The notes under the pieces are model-generated. The model searched no databases and had not been told where the DNA came from. It worked only from the letters and a program-made list of their open reading frames with translations. The position numbers and the translations under genes are program-made. A stretch of 64,000 nucleotides of DNA, from positions 1,120,001 through 1,184,000 of the forward strand of contig CAVXJS010000021.1 in assembly GCA_963762145.1 (NCBI GenBank), in the 5' to 3' direction. This document shows, one piece after another, positions 1 to 9,530 of the stretch. Each line of letters starts with the position of its first letter. The stretch's first letter is position 1. Source of the DNA: an uncultured Candidatus Rokubacteria bacterium. GTDB lineage: Bacteria > Methylomirabilota > Methylomirabilia > Rokubacteriales > CSP1-6.

Positions 1-311
1 TCCAGCATGAGCCGGGCGCCGTCCCGCGCGGGGCGATCCGGACCCACGGTGATTACCGACTGGGTCATCACCTCCCCGACCGTCAGCTTGGTGAGCAGAT
101 GATTGATCTCCCACACCGACAGGCTCGTAGCCTGCGACGGGAGGTTGAGCCGGATGTCGCGGTCGGTGATGATGCCCAGCAAGGCGCCGCTCGTGTCCTT
201 CACCAGCAGGTGGCGGATCCTCTCCTTGGCCATGAGATCCCGGGCTTCCAGGACCGGGGTCTCGCGACCCACCGTGATCAGGCCGCCCGACATCAGTTCC
301 CGAATCGTCAT
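1..311 (-). CDS. CBS-pair protein (AcuB-like), runs off window edge
   Basis: Manual translation MTIRELMSGGLITVGRETPVLEARDLMAKERIRHLLV..GIITDRDIRLNLPSQATSLSVWEINHLL; GAGG RBS; paralog of 7829-8275; not in ORF track. Confidence 0.9.
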   Translation of the reverse strand, partial: MTIRELMSGGLITVGRETPVLEARDLMAKERIRHLLVKDTSGALLGIITDRDIRLNLPSQATSLSVWEINHLLTKLTVGEVMTQSVITVGPDRPARDGARLML

Positions 312-337
312 GGCATCCTCCGTCGATCGACCACATT

Positions 338-353
338 CGCAAGCCGCGTGCCG
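338..353 (-). promoter_or_regulatory. sigma54 -24/-12 promoter
   Basis: CGGCAC-GCGGC-TTGCG on minus strand, upstream of ATG at 311. Confidence 0.8.
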
Positions 354-416
354 AGTGCCCGAGCGTCTCCGACAACGGGTTTCCGCGGACTTGCGCTTTT
401 CCCGCCTGCGCCGCGG

Positions 417-434
417 TGGGGAGTCTCCGTCCCA
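417..434. promoter_or_regulatory. candidate enhancer (UAS) palindrome
   Basis: TGGGG-AGTCTCCG-TCCCA. Confidence 0.6.
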
Positions 435-698
435 CTGGGGCGCGGTGGCGTCGGGTGCTTCCCCTACCCTGCCCTCTCCCCTCATGGGGGAGAGGTGCTG
501 TCTGCGTTGCGGACCGGGCGAGTCGCCTCGAACTGGCCCTGGCGCGCGTAGTCGATGGTCTCGCCGAGGATCCGCGCCATCTCCTGGGCGCGTGGAAACC
601 CATCGAGTTACGCTCCGCGGTCGGCCTGGCCCGGTCGATCGCGGCTAGCCAGATCGCGATACGACGAGCGAGCGCAGATAGATCCTCTGCTTGGCCCT

Positions 699-1157
699 TT
701 AGCGAAGGGACATGATGACGTCCGCGCACTCTACCGAGCAGTTCGCATCTGCGCGGACGATGTGGCGCAGCACGTCAGTCTCCGTCAAAATCCCCACTAC
801 GCGCCCCGTTTGCACGACCGGGAGCGACCCAATCCTTTTTTCGACCATGATGCGGACGGCGTCGGCTACGTCGTCGCTTGGCCCGACAGTAATCACCTCT
901 GTGGACATGATCTGGGCAATCCATACCTCCTTGAGGAGGATATCCACCGAGTTGCTGCATAGTTCCTTGAACACGCCAGGCGAGAAGAGATGGCGACGGA
1001 GATCGCGATCCGTGACCACCCCCACGAGCAGCCCTTCCTGGTTCACGACAGGCAGGTGGCGGATGCGCATGCGATGCATTCGCGTCACGGCATCGAGGCA
1101 CGAACTAGAAGGCGCAATGGTGGTGACATGCCGACTCATCAGTTCCCGGACCAGCAT
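699..1157 (-). CDS. CBS-pair protein
   Basis: MLVRELMSRHV..IRHLPVV..GVVTDRDLR..GSLPVV..GILTETDVL; paralog of 57964-58422. Confidence 0.9.
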   Translation of the reverse strand: MLVRELMSRHVTTIAPSSSCLDAVTRMHRMRIRHLPVVNQEGLLVGVVTDRDLRRHLFSPGVFKELCSNSVDILLKEVWIAQIMSTEVITVGPSDDVADAVRIMVEKRIGSLPVVQTGRVVGILTETDVLRHIVRADANCSVECADVIMSLR

Positions 1158-1375
1158 AAGAGGCCTCCTTGCCCTGACCGGGCCGTAACATCCGTGCACT
1201 GGTCCAATCGGTGCAACTGCGCCAAGCCGACGCGTGCGGCGCCAGTCGCTGTCGCCCTCGCGGCCTCACGTTTAGCACCGATCCGGGACAGTCGCCGAGC
1301 CTCGCGCGCTCCGGCGCGAGGTCGCTCGGCATTGCTGCTTCGACTCGTTCGCATCGCATGGGATCATCCGGAGAT

Positions 1376-1391
1376 TGCATCGCGGATGCCA
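1376..1391 (-). promoter_or_regulatory. sigma54 promoter
   Basis: TGGCAT-CCGCG-ATGCA. Confidence 0.75.
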
Positions 1392-1456
1392 CCCACCTCT
1401 AATGCGAAGACTCGCGTAGTTAGGAGTAGCCCGGGGCAAGGTCGCGCGGTGACATG

Positions 1457-1474
1457 TGGGGTGGCAACACCCCA
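1457..1474. promoter_or_regulatory. candidate UAS palindrome
   Basis: TGGGG-TGGCAACA-CCCCA, perfect arms. Confidence 0.7.
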
Positions 1475-1583
1475 CGGGCGACGTCAATGTCCCGCTTTGC
1501 CAACGACGCTGGCTTGGCGAGGCGGACGTCGATCGGGCCGTGAAGCGTGCGAGTCCCACGTCGGCGGCGGGCAGCCGCCTCGC

Positions 1584-1601
1584 TGGGGCGGTCCATCCCC
1601 A
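1584..1601. promoter_or_regulatory. candidate UAS palindrome
   Basis: TGGGG-CGGTCCAT-CCCCA. Confidence 0.7.
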
Positions 1602-1680
1602 GGTGGGGCACGGCACGGACACACCGAGTGTCCGCCGCTATTTACCTCCTTATTTGACGCGGGTTGCGGCCACCAGACCG

Positions 1681-1696
1681 AGGCATGGGCATTGCA
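1681..1696 (+). promoter_or_regulatory. sigma54 promoter
   Basis: AGGCAT-GGGCA-TTGCA upstream of the HlyD gene. Confidence 0.75.
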
Positions 1697-1796
1697 ACCC
1701 ACCTGAGCCGGCCCACGGGAAGCCACTAGTGGCCTTGAGACGCGGCGGTCAGTCCGGCCGCGGTGGTGACAACGGGAGAAGCGGGATGGATTCCGT

Positions 1797-3101
1797 GTGA
1801 TCGGGATGAATACGATGGTAGGGCCCGCGACGAAGCGGATCGGCGTCGCTGGTGCTTTGGTCCTACTGGCGCTGGGAGGCTGGGCCGGCTGGCAGTACTT
1901 CATGGAGCCGCGTCTGCTCCTCTCCCAGGCCATCCGATACTTCAGGGGGCCCGTGCTCCCGGCGAGCTTCGCATCAGGGAACGGCCGCATCGAGGCGACC
2001 GAGTACGATATCGCCACCAAGAGGGCCGGCCGGATTGCCAGTGTCCTCGTCGCCGAGGGCGACATGGTCGAGGTCGGCCAGACGCTCGCCCGGATGGACA
2101 CGCGGGATCTCGAAGCAGATCTGCGCGAGGCCCAGGCCCTGGCGATCCAAGCCCGTGAAGACCGACGGCGCGCCGTCGCCGCCATCACCCAGCGCGAGAG
2201 CGAGCTCCGGAGCGCGACCGCCGCCATCGCGCAGCGGCGGAGCGACCTCCGGCGCGCCGATGCCGCCATCGCGCAGCGGCGGAGCGACCTCCGGCGCGCC
2301 GATGCCGCTATCGCTCAGCGCGAGAGCGAGCTGGTCCTGGCCCAGAAGGAGCTGCGTCCGTACGCAGGTGCTGTTCGCCAAAGACTTGATCGCCAGCCAG
2401 AAGCTCGACGAGGACCTGGCCAGGATGCAGACGGCCGAAGCGACACTGGCCCAGCAGCAAGCTGCCCGACAGGCCGCCGAAGGCGCCGTGGTCGAGGCCG
2501 AGGCCCAGCGGCAGACTGCGGACGCGGCCCTAGCCCAACAGGAAGCCCAGCAACAGGCGGTCGACGCCACGGTGACGGCCGCACGGATCGACGTCGACTA
2601 CCGGGAGGCCGCCATCGCGGCGGCGGCCGCGCGGACCGAGAAGATCGCGACCGAGATCAAGGACAGCACGCTCGAGTCCTCCGTTCGGGGGCGCGTCCTC
2701 TATCGGGTCGCCGAGCCCGGCGAGGTGCTCGCGGCCGGCGGCAAGGTGGTCACCGTGCTGCAGCTGAGCGACGTCTACATGACGATCTTCCTCCCGACGG
2801 AGCAGGCCGGACGGGTGATCGTCGGATCGGAAGGGCGCATCGTCCTCGACGCCGCTCCCACTCTCGTCATTCCGGCGGCGGTGTCGTTCGTCGCTCCCCG
2901 CTCGCAGTTCACGCCGAAGGAGGTCGAGACGCGAACCGAGCGCGAGAAGCTCATGTTCCGGGTCAAGGTCCGGATCGATCCGGACCTGCTCGCCCAGCAC
3001 CTGGAGAAGGTGAAGACCGGGCTGCCCGGCGTGGCCTACGTGCGCCTCGACCCGACGCGCGGCGTGGCCCGAGCACCTCCGCGTCAAGCTGCACCCGATG
3101 A
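1797..3101 (+). CDS. HlyD-family secretion protein (YhiI-like), frameshifted near 2355 and 3058
   Basis: N-terminal [45 protein letters not shown]; split across ORFs 1797 and 1852. Confidence 0.85.
   Translation: MIGMNTMVGPATKRIGVAGALVLLALGGWAGWQYFMEPRLLLSQAIRYFRGPVLPASFASGNGRIEATEYDIATKRAGRIASVLVAEGDMVEVGQTLARMDTRDLEADLREAQALAIQAREDRRRAVAAITQRESELRSATAAIAQRRSDLRRADAAIAQRRSDLRRADAAIAQRESELVLAQKELRPYAGAVRQRLDRQPEARRGPGQDADGRSDTGPAASCPTGRRRRRGRGRGPAADCGRGPSPTGSPATGGRRHGDGRTDRRRLPGGRHRGGGRADREDRDRDQGQHARVLRSGARPLSGRRARRGARGRRQGGHRAAAERRLHDDLPPDGAGRTGDRRIGRAHRPRRRSHSRHSGGGVVRRSPLAVHAEGGRDANRAREAHVPGQGPDRSGPARPAPGEGEDRAARRGLRAPRPDARRGPSTSASSCTR
2178..2335 (+). repeat. 42-bp in-frame tandem repeat (14 aa, two heptads)
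   Basis: 2220-2261 and 2262-2303 are identical ([14 protein letters not shown]), flanked by degenerate copies. Confidence 0.85.
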
Positions 3102-5856
3102 GCGCCGGCGGCCCCGCCGTACAGACGAGAGGCCTGAGCCATACGGTACGGCGAGCCGGCTCGCGCTCGACACGCTCGACCTCGATATTCCCGTCCGGCT
3201 GTCTGGCCGGGATCATCGGCCCCGACGGCGTCGGGAAATCCACGCTGCTCGGTCTCATCGCCGGGGCCCGCCGGGTCCGGAGCGGCACCATGACCGTGCT
3301 CGGCGGCGACATGCGCTCCGGCCGCATTCCGGAGCGCCGTCTCGGCGCGCATCGCCTACATGCCGCAGGGCCTGGGCCGGAACCTCTACCCGTCGCTGTC
3401 GGTCCTGGAAAACGTGGACTTCTTCGGCCGTCTGTTCGGCCAGCCACGTGAAGAGCGCGGGCGGCGGATCGACGAGCTGCTCGCGAGCACGGGCCTGGCC
3501 CGGTTCCGGGGTCGGGCCGCCGGCAAGCTTTCCGGCGGGATGAAGCAGAAGCTCGGCCTGTGCTGCGCACTCATCCACGATCCGGATCTCCTGATCCTGG
3601 ACGAGCCCACCACCGGGATCGATCCCCTCTCGCGCCGTCAGTTCTGGGAGCTCATCGACCGCATCCGGGCCCGCCGGCCCGGTATGAGCGTGCTGGTCTC
3701 CACCGCCTACATGGAGGAGGCGCAGACGTTCGACTGGCTGGCTGCCATGGACTCCGGCAAGGTCCTGGCCAGCGGGCACGCCGGCCGAGGCTGATGGCCC
3801 GCACCGGCACGCACGATCTGGACGACCGCCTTCATCGAGCTGTTGCCGGAGGAGAAGCGGCGCGGTCACCGCGCCCTCGTGATCCCACCGCGCCGGACCA
3901 CCGAGGGGCGAGCCCGCCATCGAGGCCGAGGCGCTCACCAAGCGCTTCGGCGCCTTCACCGCGGTGGACCAGGTCAGCTTCACGATCGAGCGCGGCGAGA
4001 TCTTCGGCTTCCTTGGCTCCAACGGGTGCGGCAAGACGACGACCATGAAGATGCTCACCGGGCTCCTGCCCGCCACCGAGGGTCGCGCCCGCCTGTTCGG
4101 GCGCCCGGTGAATCCGCGCGACCTGGAGACCCGCCGCCGCGTCGGGTACATGTCCCAGGCCTTCTCGCTCTACAGCGGAGCTGACGGTGCGCCAGAACCT
4201 CGAGCTGCATGCGCGGCTGTTCCAGCTGCCGCCCGACCGCACCCCGGAGCGTGTCGTCGCGCTGCTCCGCCGGTTCGAGCTGGAGGGCCACGCCGACGAC
4301 CTGGCGGAGACGCTGCCCCTCGGAATCCGTCAGCGCCTCTCGCTGGCGGTGGCGGTGGTGCACGAGCCCGAGATCCTGATCCTGGACGAGCCCACCTCCG
4401 GGGTCGATCCGGTGGCGCGCGACCGCTTCTGGGAGCTGCTCATCGACCTGTCGCGGCGGGACGGGGTCACCATCTTCGTCTCGACCCACTTCATGAACGA
4501 AGGGCGAGCGCTGCGACCGCATCTCCCTGATGCACGCCGGTCGCGTGCTGGCCACCGACACCCCGGCCGCGCTCGTCCGGGCGCCGGCAGCGCCGCGACG
4601 CTCGAAGAGGCGTTCGTCGCCTACCTGGAGGAGGCGGGGCGCGAGGCCGGTGTGGAGGAGGCCGCCCCACCCCGATCAGCGCGGCGGTACCGGGGCCAGC
4701 CGGGGCTGAAAGGCATGATCGCCGTCGCGCGTTCACCTGTCGCGGCTCCTGGCCTACGCTCGCCGGGAGAGCCTGGAGCTCCAGCGTGATCCGATCCGCC
4801 TGGCCTTCGCCCTGCTCGGCTCGGCGCTGCTGATGGTCGTCCTCGGCTACGGCATCGGCATGGATGTGGAGAATCTGGCGTTCGCCGTCCTGGACGGCGA
4901 CCAGAGCCCCGAGAGCCGAGACTATCTGCAGAGCATCGCCGGCTCCCGCTATTTCATCCAGCGCCCGCCCATCCACACGTCCGCCGAGCTCGATCGACGC
5001 CTGCGCAGCGGAGAGCTGGCGCTGGCCATCGAGATCCCTCCCACCTTCGGGCAGAACGTCAGGCGCGGCCGCTCGCCGGAGGTCGGCGTCTGGGTGGACG
5101 GGGCGATGCCGTTCCGCGGCGAGACCATCCGCGGCTACATGCAGGGCGTCCACCAGGACTATCTCGCCGGCCTCGCCCTGCTCGCCTCCGGGGCGGCGCC
5201 GCCCCGCGGCCCCGGTGAACATCGAGGTGCGGTACCGGTACAACCAGGATTTCCGCAGCCTCGACGCGATGGTCCCGGCGATCATCCCGCTATTGCTGCT
5301 GTTCGTCCCCTCGATCCTGACCGCGCTGGCCGTGGTGCGCGAGAAGGAGCTGGGCTCGATCACCAACCTCTACGTCACCCCGGTGACGCGCCTCGAGTTC
5401 CTGCTCGGCAAGCAGCTGCCCTACGTGGCCGTCGCGATGTTCAGCTTCTTCGTGCTGGTCGTGCTCGCGGTCTTCGTGTTCCGTGTCCCGCTCAAGGGCA
5501 GCCTGGCCGCCCTCACGATGGGGGCCCTCCTGTACGTCGTCACCGCGACCGGCTTCGGCTTGCTGATGTCCGCCTTCACTCGAACCCAGGTCGCCGCCCT
5601 GTTCGGGACTGCCATCGCCACGCTGACGCCGGCCACCCAGTTCTCGGGCCTCACCACGCCGGCCTCGTCTCTGGAAGGCGCCGGGCGCGCAATCGGGAGC
5701 ATCTTCCCCACGACCTATTTCCTCATCATCAGCCGCGGCACGTTCAACAAGGCGCTCGGCTTCGGCGATCTCTCGGGCCCATTCCTCGCGCTCGCCGCCT
5801 TCATCCCGGCGGTCACCCTCCTCAGCCTGCTCTTCCTCCGGAAGCAAGCCCGATGA
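3098..5856 (+). CDS. rbbA: ribosome-associated ATPase / ABC transporter RbbA, multiple frameshifts
   Basis: Walker [10 protein letters not shown] and [35 protein letters not shown]-2 permease with [14 protein letters not shown]. Confidence 0.85.
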
Positions 5857-6965
5857 TCTTTCAGCTCGGGATCAAGGAGCTGCGCAGCCTGTGGCACGAC
5901 AAGGTGCTCCTGCTCTTCGTCCTCTGGGCCTTCTCGTTCGGCGTCTACAGCGCCGCGACAGCCGTGACCCGCGAGCTGCACCACGCGGCCATCGCGGTGG
6001 TCGACGAGGACCGCTCCCCGCTCTCCCAGCGCATCGTCGGGGCCTTCTACGGGCCGTACTTCCGGCCGCCCGCGCTGATCGGCCTGACCGAGATCGATCC
6101 GGGTCTGGACGCCGGCCGCTACACCTTCGTCCTCGACATCCCGCCCAACTTTCAGCGCGATGTCCAGGCGGGCCGGCAGCCTACCCTTCAGGTCAACATC
6201 GACGCCACCCAGATGAGCCAGGCGTTCATCGGCGCCAGCTACATCCAGAACATCGTGACGGACGAGACCGCCGGCTTCGTCCAGCGGCGCAGCCGCGACA
6301 CCGCCCTGCCGATCCCCCTGGTCGTGCGGGTCAGGTTCAACCCGAACCTCAACGGTATCTGGTTCGGGGGCGTCATGAAGATCATCGATCACATCACCAT
6401 GCTCTCGGTCATCCTCACCGGGGCCGCGCTCATCCGGGAGCGCGAGCACGGTACCCTCGAGCATCTGCTCGTGATGCCCCTGACGCCGTTCCAGATCATG
6501 GTGGCCAAGATCTGGGCCAACGGGGCGGTGGTGCTGGTGGCGGCCGGTCTCTCGCTCTGGCTCGTGGTGAGGGGAGTGCTGGGCGTCCCCATCGCTGGCT
6601 CGGTGACGCTCTTCCTGTTCGGGGCAGCCCTGCACCTGTTCTCCTCCACGTCGCTGGGAATCTTCCTGGGCACGATCGCCCGCTCGATGCCGCAGTTCGG
6701 CCTGCTGATGATCCTCGTCATCCTGCCGCTCCAACTGCTCTCCGGTGGAATGACGCCCCGCGAGAGCATGCCGGGCGTCGTCCAGACGATCATGCTGGCG
6801 GCGCCGACCACCCACTTCGTGAAGTTCGCGCAGGCCATTCTCTACCGTGGCGCCGGCCTCGACGTGGTCTGGCCCCAGTTCCTGGCCATCACCGCCATCG
6901 GCGCCGTGTTCTTCCTGGTGGCGCTGACGCGGTTCCGCAAGGCGGTGACCCTCACCCAGGTCTGA
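5853..6965 (+). CDS. ABC-2 permease YhhJ-like
   Basis: [40 protein letters not shown]; ATGA overlap with rbbA stop. Confidence 0.9.
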   Translation: MIFQLGIKELRSLWHDKVLLLFVLWAFSFGVYSAATAVTRELHHAAIAVVDEDRSPLSQRIVGAFYGPYFRPPALIGLTEIDPGLDAGRYTFVLDIPPNFQRDVQAGRQPTLQVNIDATQMSQAFIGASYIQNIVTDETAGFVQRRSRDTALPIPLVVRVRFNPNLNGIWFGGVMKIIDHITMLSVILTGAALIREREHGTLEHLLVMPLTPFQIMVAKIWANGAVVLVAAGLSLWLVVRGVLGVPIAGSVTLFLFGAALHLFSSTSLGIFLGTIARSMPQFGLLMILVILPLQLLSGGMTPRESMPGVVQTIMLAAPTTHFVKFAQAILYRGAGLDVVWPQFLAITAIGAVFFLVALTRFRKAVTLTQV

Positions 6966-6993
6966 GTTGTCGAGCAGCACGCCGAGCGGAGTG

Positions 6994-7065
6994 ATGGACC
7001 TCACGATGTCGAGCTCGGCCAGCTACGAGCTGATCGAGTGGGGAGCCGCCGTCGTCTTCGGCCCG
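6994..7065 (+). pseudogene. fragment of a second DUF2238 gene
   Basis: SSSASYELIEWGAAVVFG resembles the YELIEW motif of the family. Confidence 0.45.
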
Positions 7066-7078
7066 CCGACACGATCGG

Positions 7079-7108
7079 TTGCGAGGGTCGCGTCCGCGCG
7101 GATAGAAT
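7079..7108 (+). promoter_or_regulatory. sigma70-like promoter, probably leaderless
   Basis: TTGCGA-N18-TAGAAT, 5 nt before ATG 7114, no SD. Confidence 0.45.
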
Positions 7109-7113
7109 CCAGC

Positions 7114-7752
7114 ATGATCCAGTCAGCGCTGCTCGCCGGGTATCTCGTGTTCTGGGGCGCCCTGGGTCTGGCGCCCCTCGATCCGCAGAACTGGGCGCTC
7201 TCGAGCATCCTCCCGCTGACCTTCGTCGGAGCCCTCGTCTTCGGGCGTCGGAGCATGCCGCTCTCCGTCGCCTCCTACACCCTCATCGCGGGCTTTCTGG
7301 CGCTGCACACCGTCGGGGCTCACTACACCTACGCCCAGGTGCCGGTCGGTCAGTGGCTCCAGGCGCTGCTCGGGCTCGAGCGGAACCACTTCGACCGCGT
7401 GACGCACTTCGCCTTCGGCCTCCTCCTGACCTATCCGCTCTTCGAGCTCTTCCGCCGCCTCACCGACGCTCGGCGTCCGCTCCTCCTCTACCTCACCTTC
7501 ATGACCCAACTCGGGCTGGCCGGGGCTTGGGAGATCATCGAAGCGGTGGTGGCCCAGGTCACACGACCGGATCTGGGGACCGCCTTCGTCGGCGCGCAGG
7601 GCGACCCCTGGGATGCGCAGCACGACATGCTGGCGGCGACCTGCGGCACGGTGATCGCGTTGCTCCTGACCGTGACCTGGCCGGCAGTGGCTCGGCGTGG
7701 GCGCGTCTCCAAACCCTCGGCGCCCCTGACGCCGTCCGGAGCGGAGGAGTAG
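7114..7752 (+). CDS. DUF2238 (YjdF-like) membrane protein
   Basis: LHTVGAHYTYAQVP, RNHFDRVTHFAFG, QGDPWDAQHDML. Confidence 0.88.
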   Translation: MIQSALLAGYLVFWGALGLAPLDPQNWALSSILPLTFVGALVFGRRSMPLSVASYTLIAGFLALHTVGAHYTYAQVPVGQWLQALLGLERNHFDRVTHFAFGLLLTYPLFELFRRLTDARRPLLLYLTFMTQLGLAGAWEIIEAVVAQVTRPDLGTAFVGAQGDPWDAQHDMLAATCGTVIALLLTVTWPAVARRGRVSKPSAPLTPSGAEE

Positions 7753-7828
7753 CGGCTCGACGTCCCGGGGGGCGGTTTCGCGATACATGTGTGACCGCCC
7801 TCCTCGAAGCCTCTCCTGAAGGTTCCGG

Positions 7829-8275
7829 TCAGACGCTCCGGGGCACCGGATGAGACGCCGCCGGTCCACCCGTCAGCCACATGAACCCGCGCAAGATGTC
7901 CGTCTCGGTGATGATGCCGATCAGCGTCCCGGCGTCCGTCACGGGCAAGGCACCAATCGAGTGGCCCAGCATGAGCTCCGCCGCGTCCCGCGCGTCCCGG
8001 TCCGGTCCGATCGTGATCACGGTCCGGGTCATGACCTCTCCGACCGTGAGCTTCGTCAGCAGATGGTTGATCTCCCAGACCGACAAGCTCGTCGCCTTCG
8101 AGGGCAGGTTCAGGCGGATGTCGCGGTCAGTCACGATGCCGACCAGCCGGCCGTTCTCCGTGACGAGCAGATGGCGGATCCTCTCCTCGACCATCCGCCG
8201 TCGGGCGTCAACCACCGGAGTTTCGGGCGGCATGGTGATCACGTTGACTCCAGTCATCAATTCACTAACCTTCAT
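7829..8275 (-). CDS. CBS-pair protein (AcuB-like)
   Basis: IRHLLV..GIVTDRDIR..GALPV..GIITETDIL; AGGAG RBS. Confidence 0.92.
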   Translation of the reverse strand: MKVSELMTGVNVITMPPETPVVDARRRMVEERIRHLLVTENGRLVGIVTDRDIRLNLPSKATSLSVWEINHLLTKLTVGEVMTRTVITIGPDRDARDAAELMLGHSIGALPVTDAGTLIGIITETDILRGFMWLTGGPAASHPVPRSV

Positions 8276-8323
8276 GGCGGTACTCCTTTCCTATGCATCC
8301 TCAGTAGTCCTAGTCGGCAGCCG

Positions 8324-8893
8324 TCATACCGGCAGTCCGGGGCGTCCGGAGCGCTCGGCCTCCCGTTTCTGCTCGAGCGCTTCGCCTCGAATGCGCGTTC
8401 GGCAGCTCTCGCAGATGAGATCGTCGCCCGCCTCGCCACAACCCAGGCAGCGCCGGGGCGACACCGGGGCGAGTGGCGGCGCAGCGGGAATGGCCCCTCG
8501 CTCCGCGAGGACCGAGGCCGGCACGGTCAGCACGAGGCAGGGCGACAGGCGAACCACCGTCTCGGCCACGCTGCCAAGGATCGCGAGGGTGATCCCGGTA
8601 CGGCCGTGGGTCCCCAACACGATGAGATCGATGTGCTTCTCCCGCGCGTAGTCGACAATCTTCCGGCCCGCCCACCCGGTCAGGAGCACCGTCTCCGCGC
8701 GGAGCCCGTCGGTGAGACGCCGGGCCGCTCGCGCGAGACTCTCGGCGGGCGAGGACGGATCGGTGAGGGGCGGCACGACGTGAAGCACATGGAGGCGCGC
8801 GTCCGCCCGCACCGCCATCTCCCGCGCGATGAGTCCCGCCACCTCGGACTCGGGAGAGAAGTCGGTCGGGAACAGGATCTCATTCAGTCTCAT
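8324..8893 (-). CDS. universal stress protein with C-terminal CxxC..CxxC tail
   Basis: ILFPTDFS, GTHGRTG..LGSVAETVVR; CLGC..ICESC. Confidence 0.9.
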   Translation of the reverse strand: MRLNEILFPTDFSPESEVAGLIAREMAVRADARLHVLHVVPPLTDPSSPAESLARAARRLTDGLRAETVLLTGWAGRKIVDYAREKHIDLIVLGTHGRTGITLAILGSVAETVVRLSPCLVLTVPASVLAERGAIPAAPPLAPVSPRRCLGCGEAGDDLICESCRTRIRGEALEQKREAERSGRPGLPV

Positions 8894-8911
8894 GGCCTCC
8901 TCCTGCTGTCG

Positions 8912-9379
8912 TCATTTGACGATCAGCACTTCGACCGGCGCGTGCTTCAACGCGGCCTCCGCCACGCTCCCGAGCAGAAAGTGAGTCACTGCGCCGGCGC
9001 CTCGCGCGCCCAGGACGAGGACATCCGCTCGCTCCGCACGCACCACCGCCAGCAGCTGGGCGAGCGGCACGCCCGTGCACACGACCGCACGCGTCCGCCA
9101 GCCCACCTGGGCGAGCGCGGCGGCCGCGGTCTCGACCTCGCGGCGGGCCTTCGCCACCAGCGCCCGATTCGCCGCGTCCGCCTGCCCGGCGATCTGCGCC
9201 CGCATGGCGGACGGGACAAGTGGCATCGAGGGCACCCGTACCGGCTCGACGACCCGGACGACCGTCACCCGGCATCCGCGGGGCGGTCGGATCCGGGCCA
9301 AGAACGCCGCCGCCCGGCGGGAGTGCTTAGATCCGTCCATCCCCAGCACGACACGACGAAACCCGGTCCGAGCGGCCAC
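8912..9379 (-). CDS. universal stress protein
   Basis: VVLGMDGS, GARGAG..LLGSVAEAALKHAP. Confidence 0.9.
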   Translation of the reverse strand: MAARTGFRRVVLGMDGSKHSRRAAAFLARIRPPRGCRVTVVRVVEPVRVPSMPLVPSAMRAQIAGQADAANRALVAKARREVETAAAALAQVGWRTRAVVCTGVPLAQLLAVVRAERADVLVLGARGAGAVTHFLLGSVAEAALKHAPVEVLIVK

Positions 9380-9386
9380 CGTCCGG

Positions 9387-9521
9387 TTACCTCATCCCCT
9401 GCGGGCGACTCTTCCCTTGATCCATCGCCGCCTTGCGCTGCACCTCGTCCCGCTTGACGGCCACCGCGTCCGTCCGCTTCTTGGATTTCTTGTTCTTGCC
9501 CGTGCTCTTCCGAATTCCCAT
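9387..9521 (-). CDS. 44-aa basic small protein
   Basis: MGIRKSTGKNKKSKKRTDAVAVKRDEVQRKAAMDQGKSRPQGMR; AGGAGG RBS; fills the operon gap. Confidence 0.6.
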   Translation of the reverse strand: MGIRKSTGKNKKSKKRTDAVAVKRDEVQRKAAMDQGKSRPQGMR

Positions 9522-9530
9522 GTGTGCCTC

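Noticed and set aside
1160-1370. Small ORFs between the 1376 promoter and the CBS gene; also 440-698, 19200-19430 and 46800-47020
   Set aside because: No convincing motif or consistent RBS-ORF; could be further scars but cannot be supported.
2340-5220. Multiple frameshifts in yhiI/rbbA as programmed frameshifting or true pseudogenes (also FNT 14862-15764, tdh-kbl 44400-45750, BON 50195, APH 60285)
   Set aside because: They are clustered single-base indels with otherwise intact motifs and no obvious slippery sites. This fits low-coverage long-read error best; read polishing would decide.
4833-6965. 710-aa ORF as a fused double permease
   Set aside because: Frameshift artefact joining part of rbbA to yhhJ, which has its own ATG at 5853.
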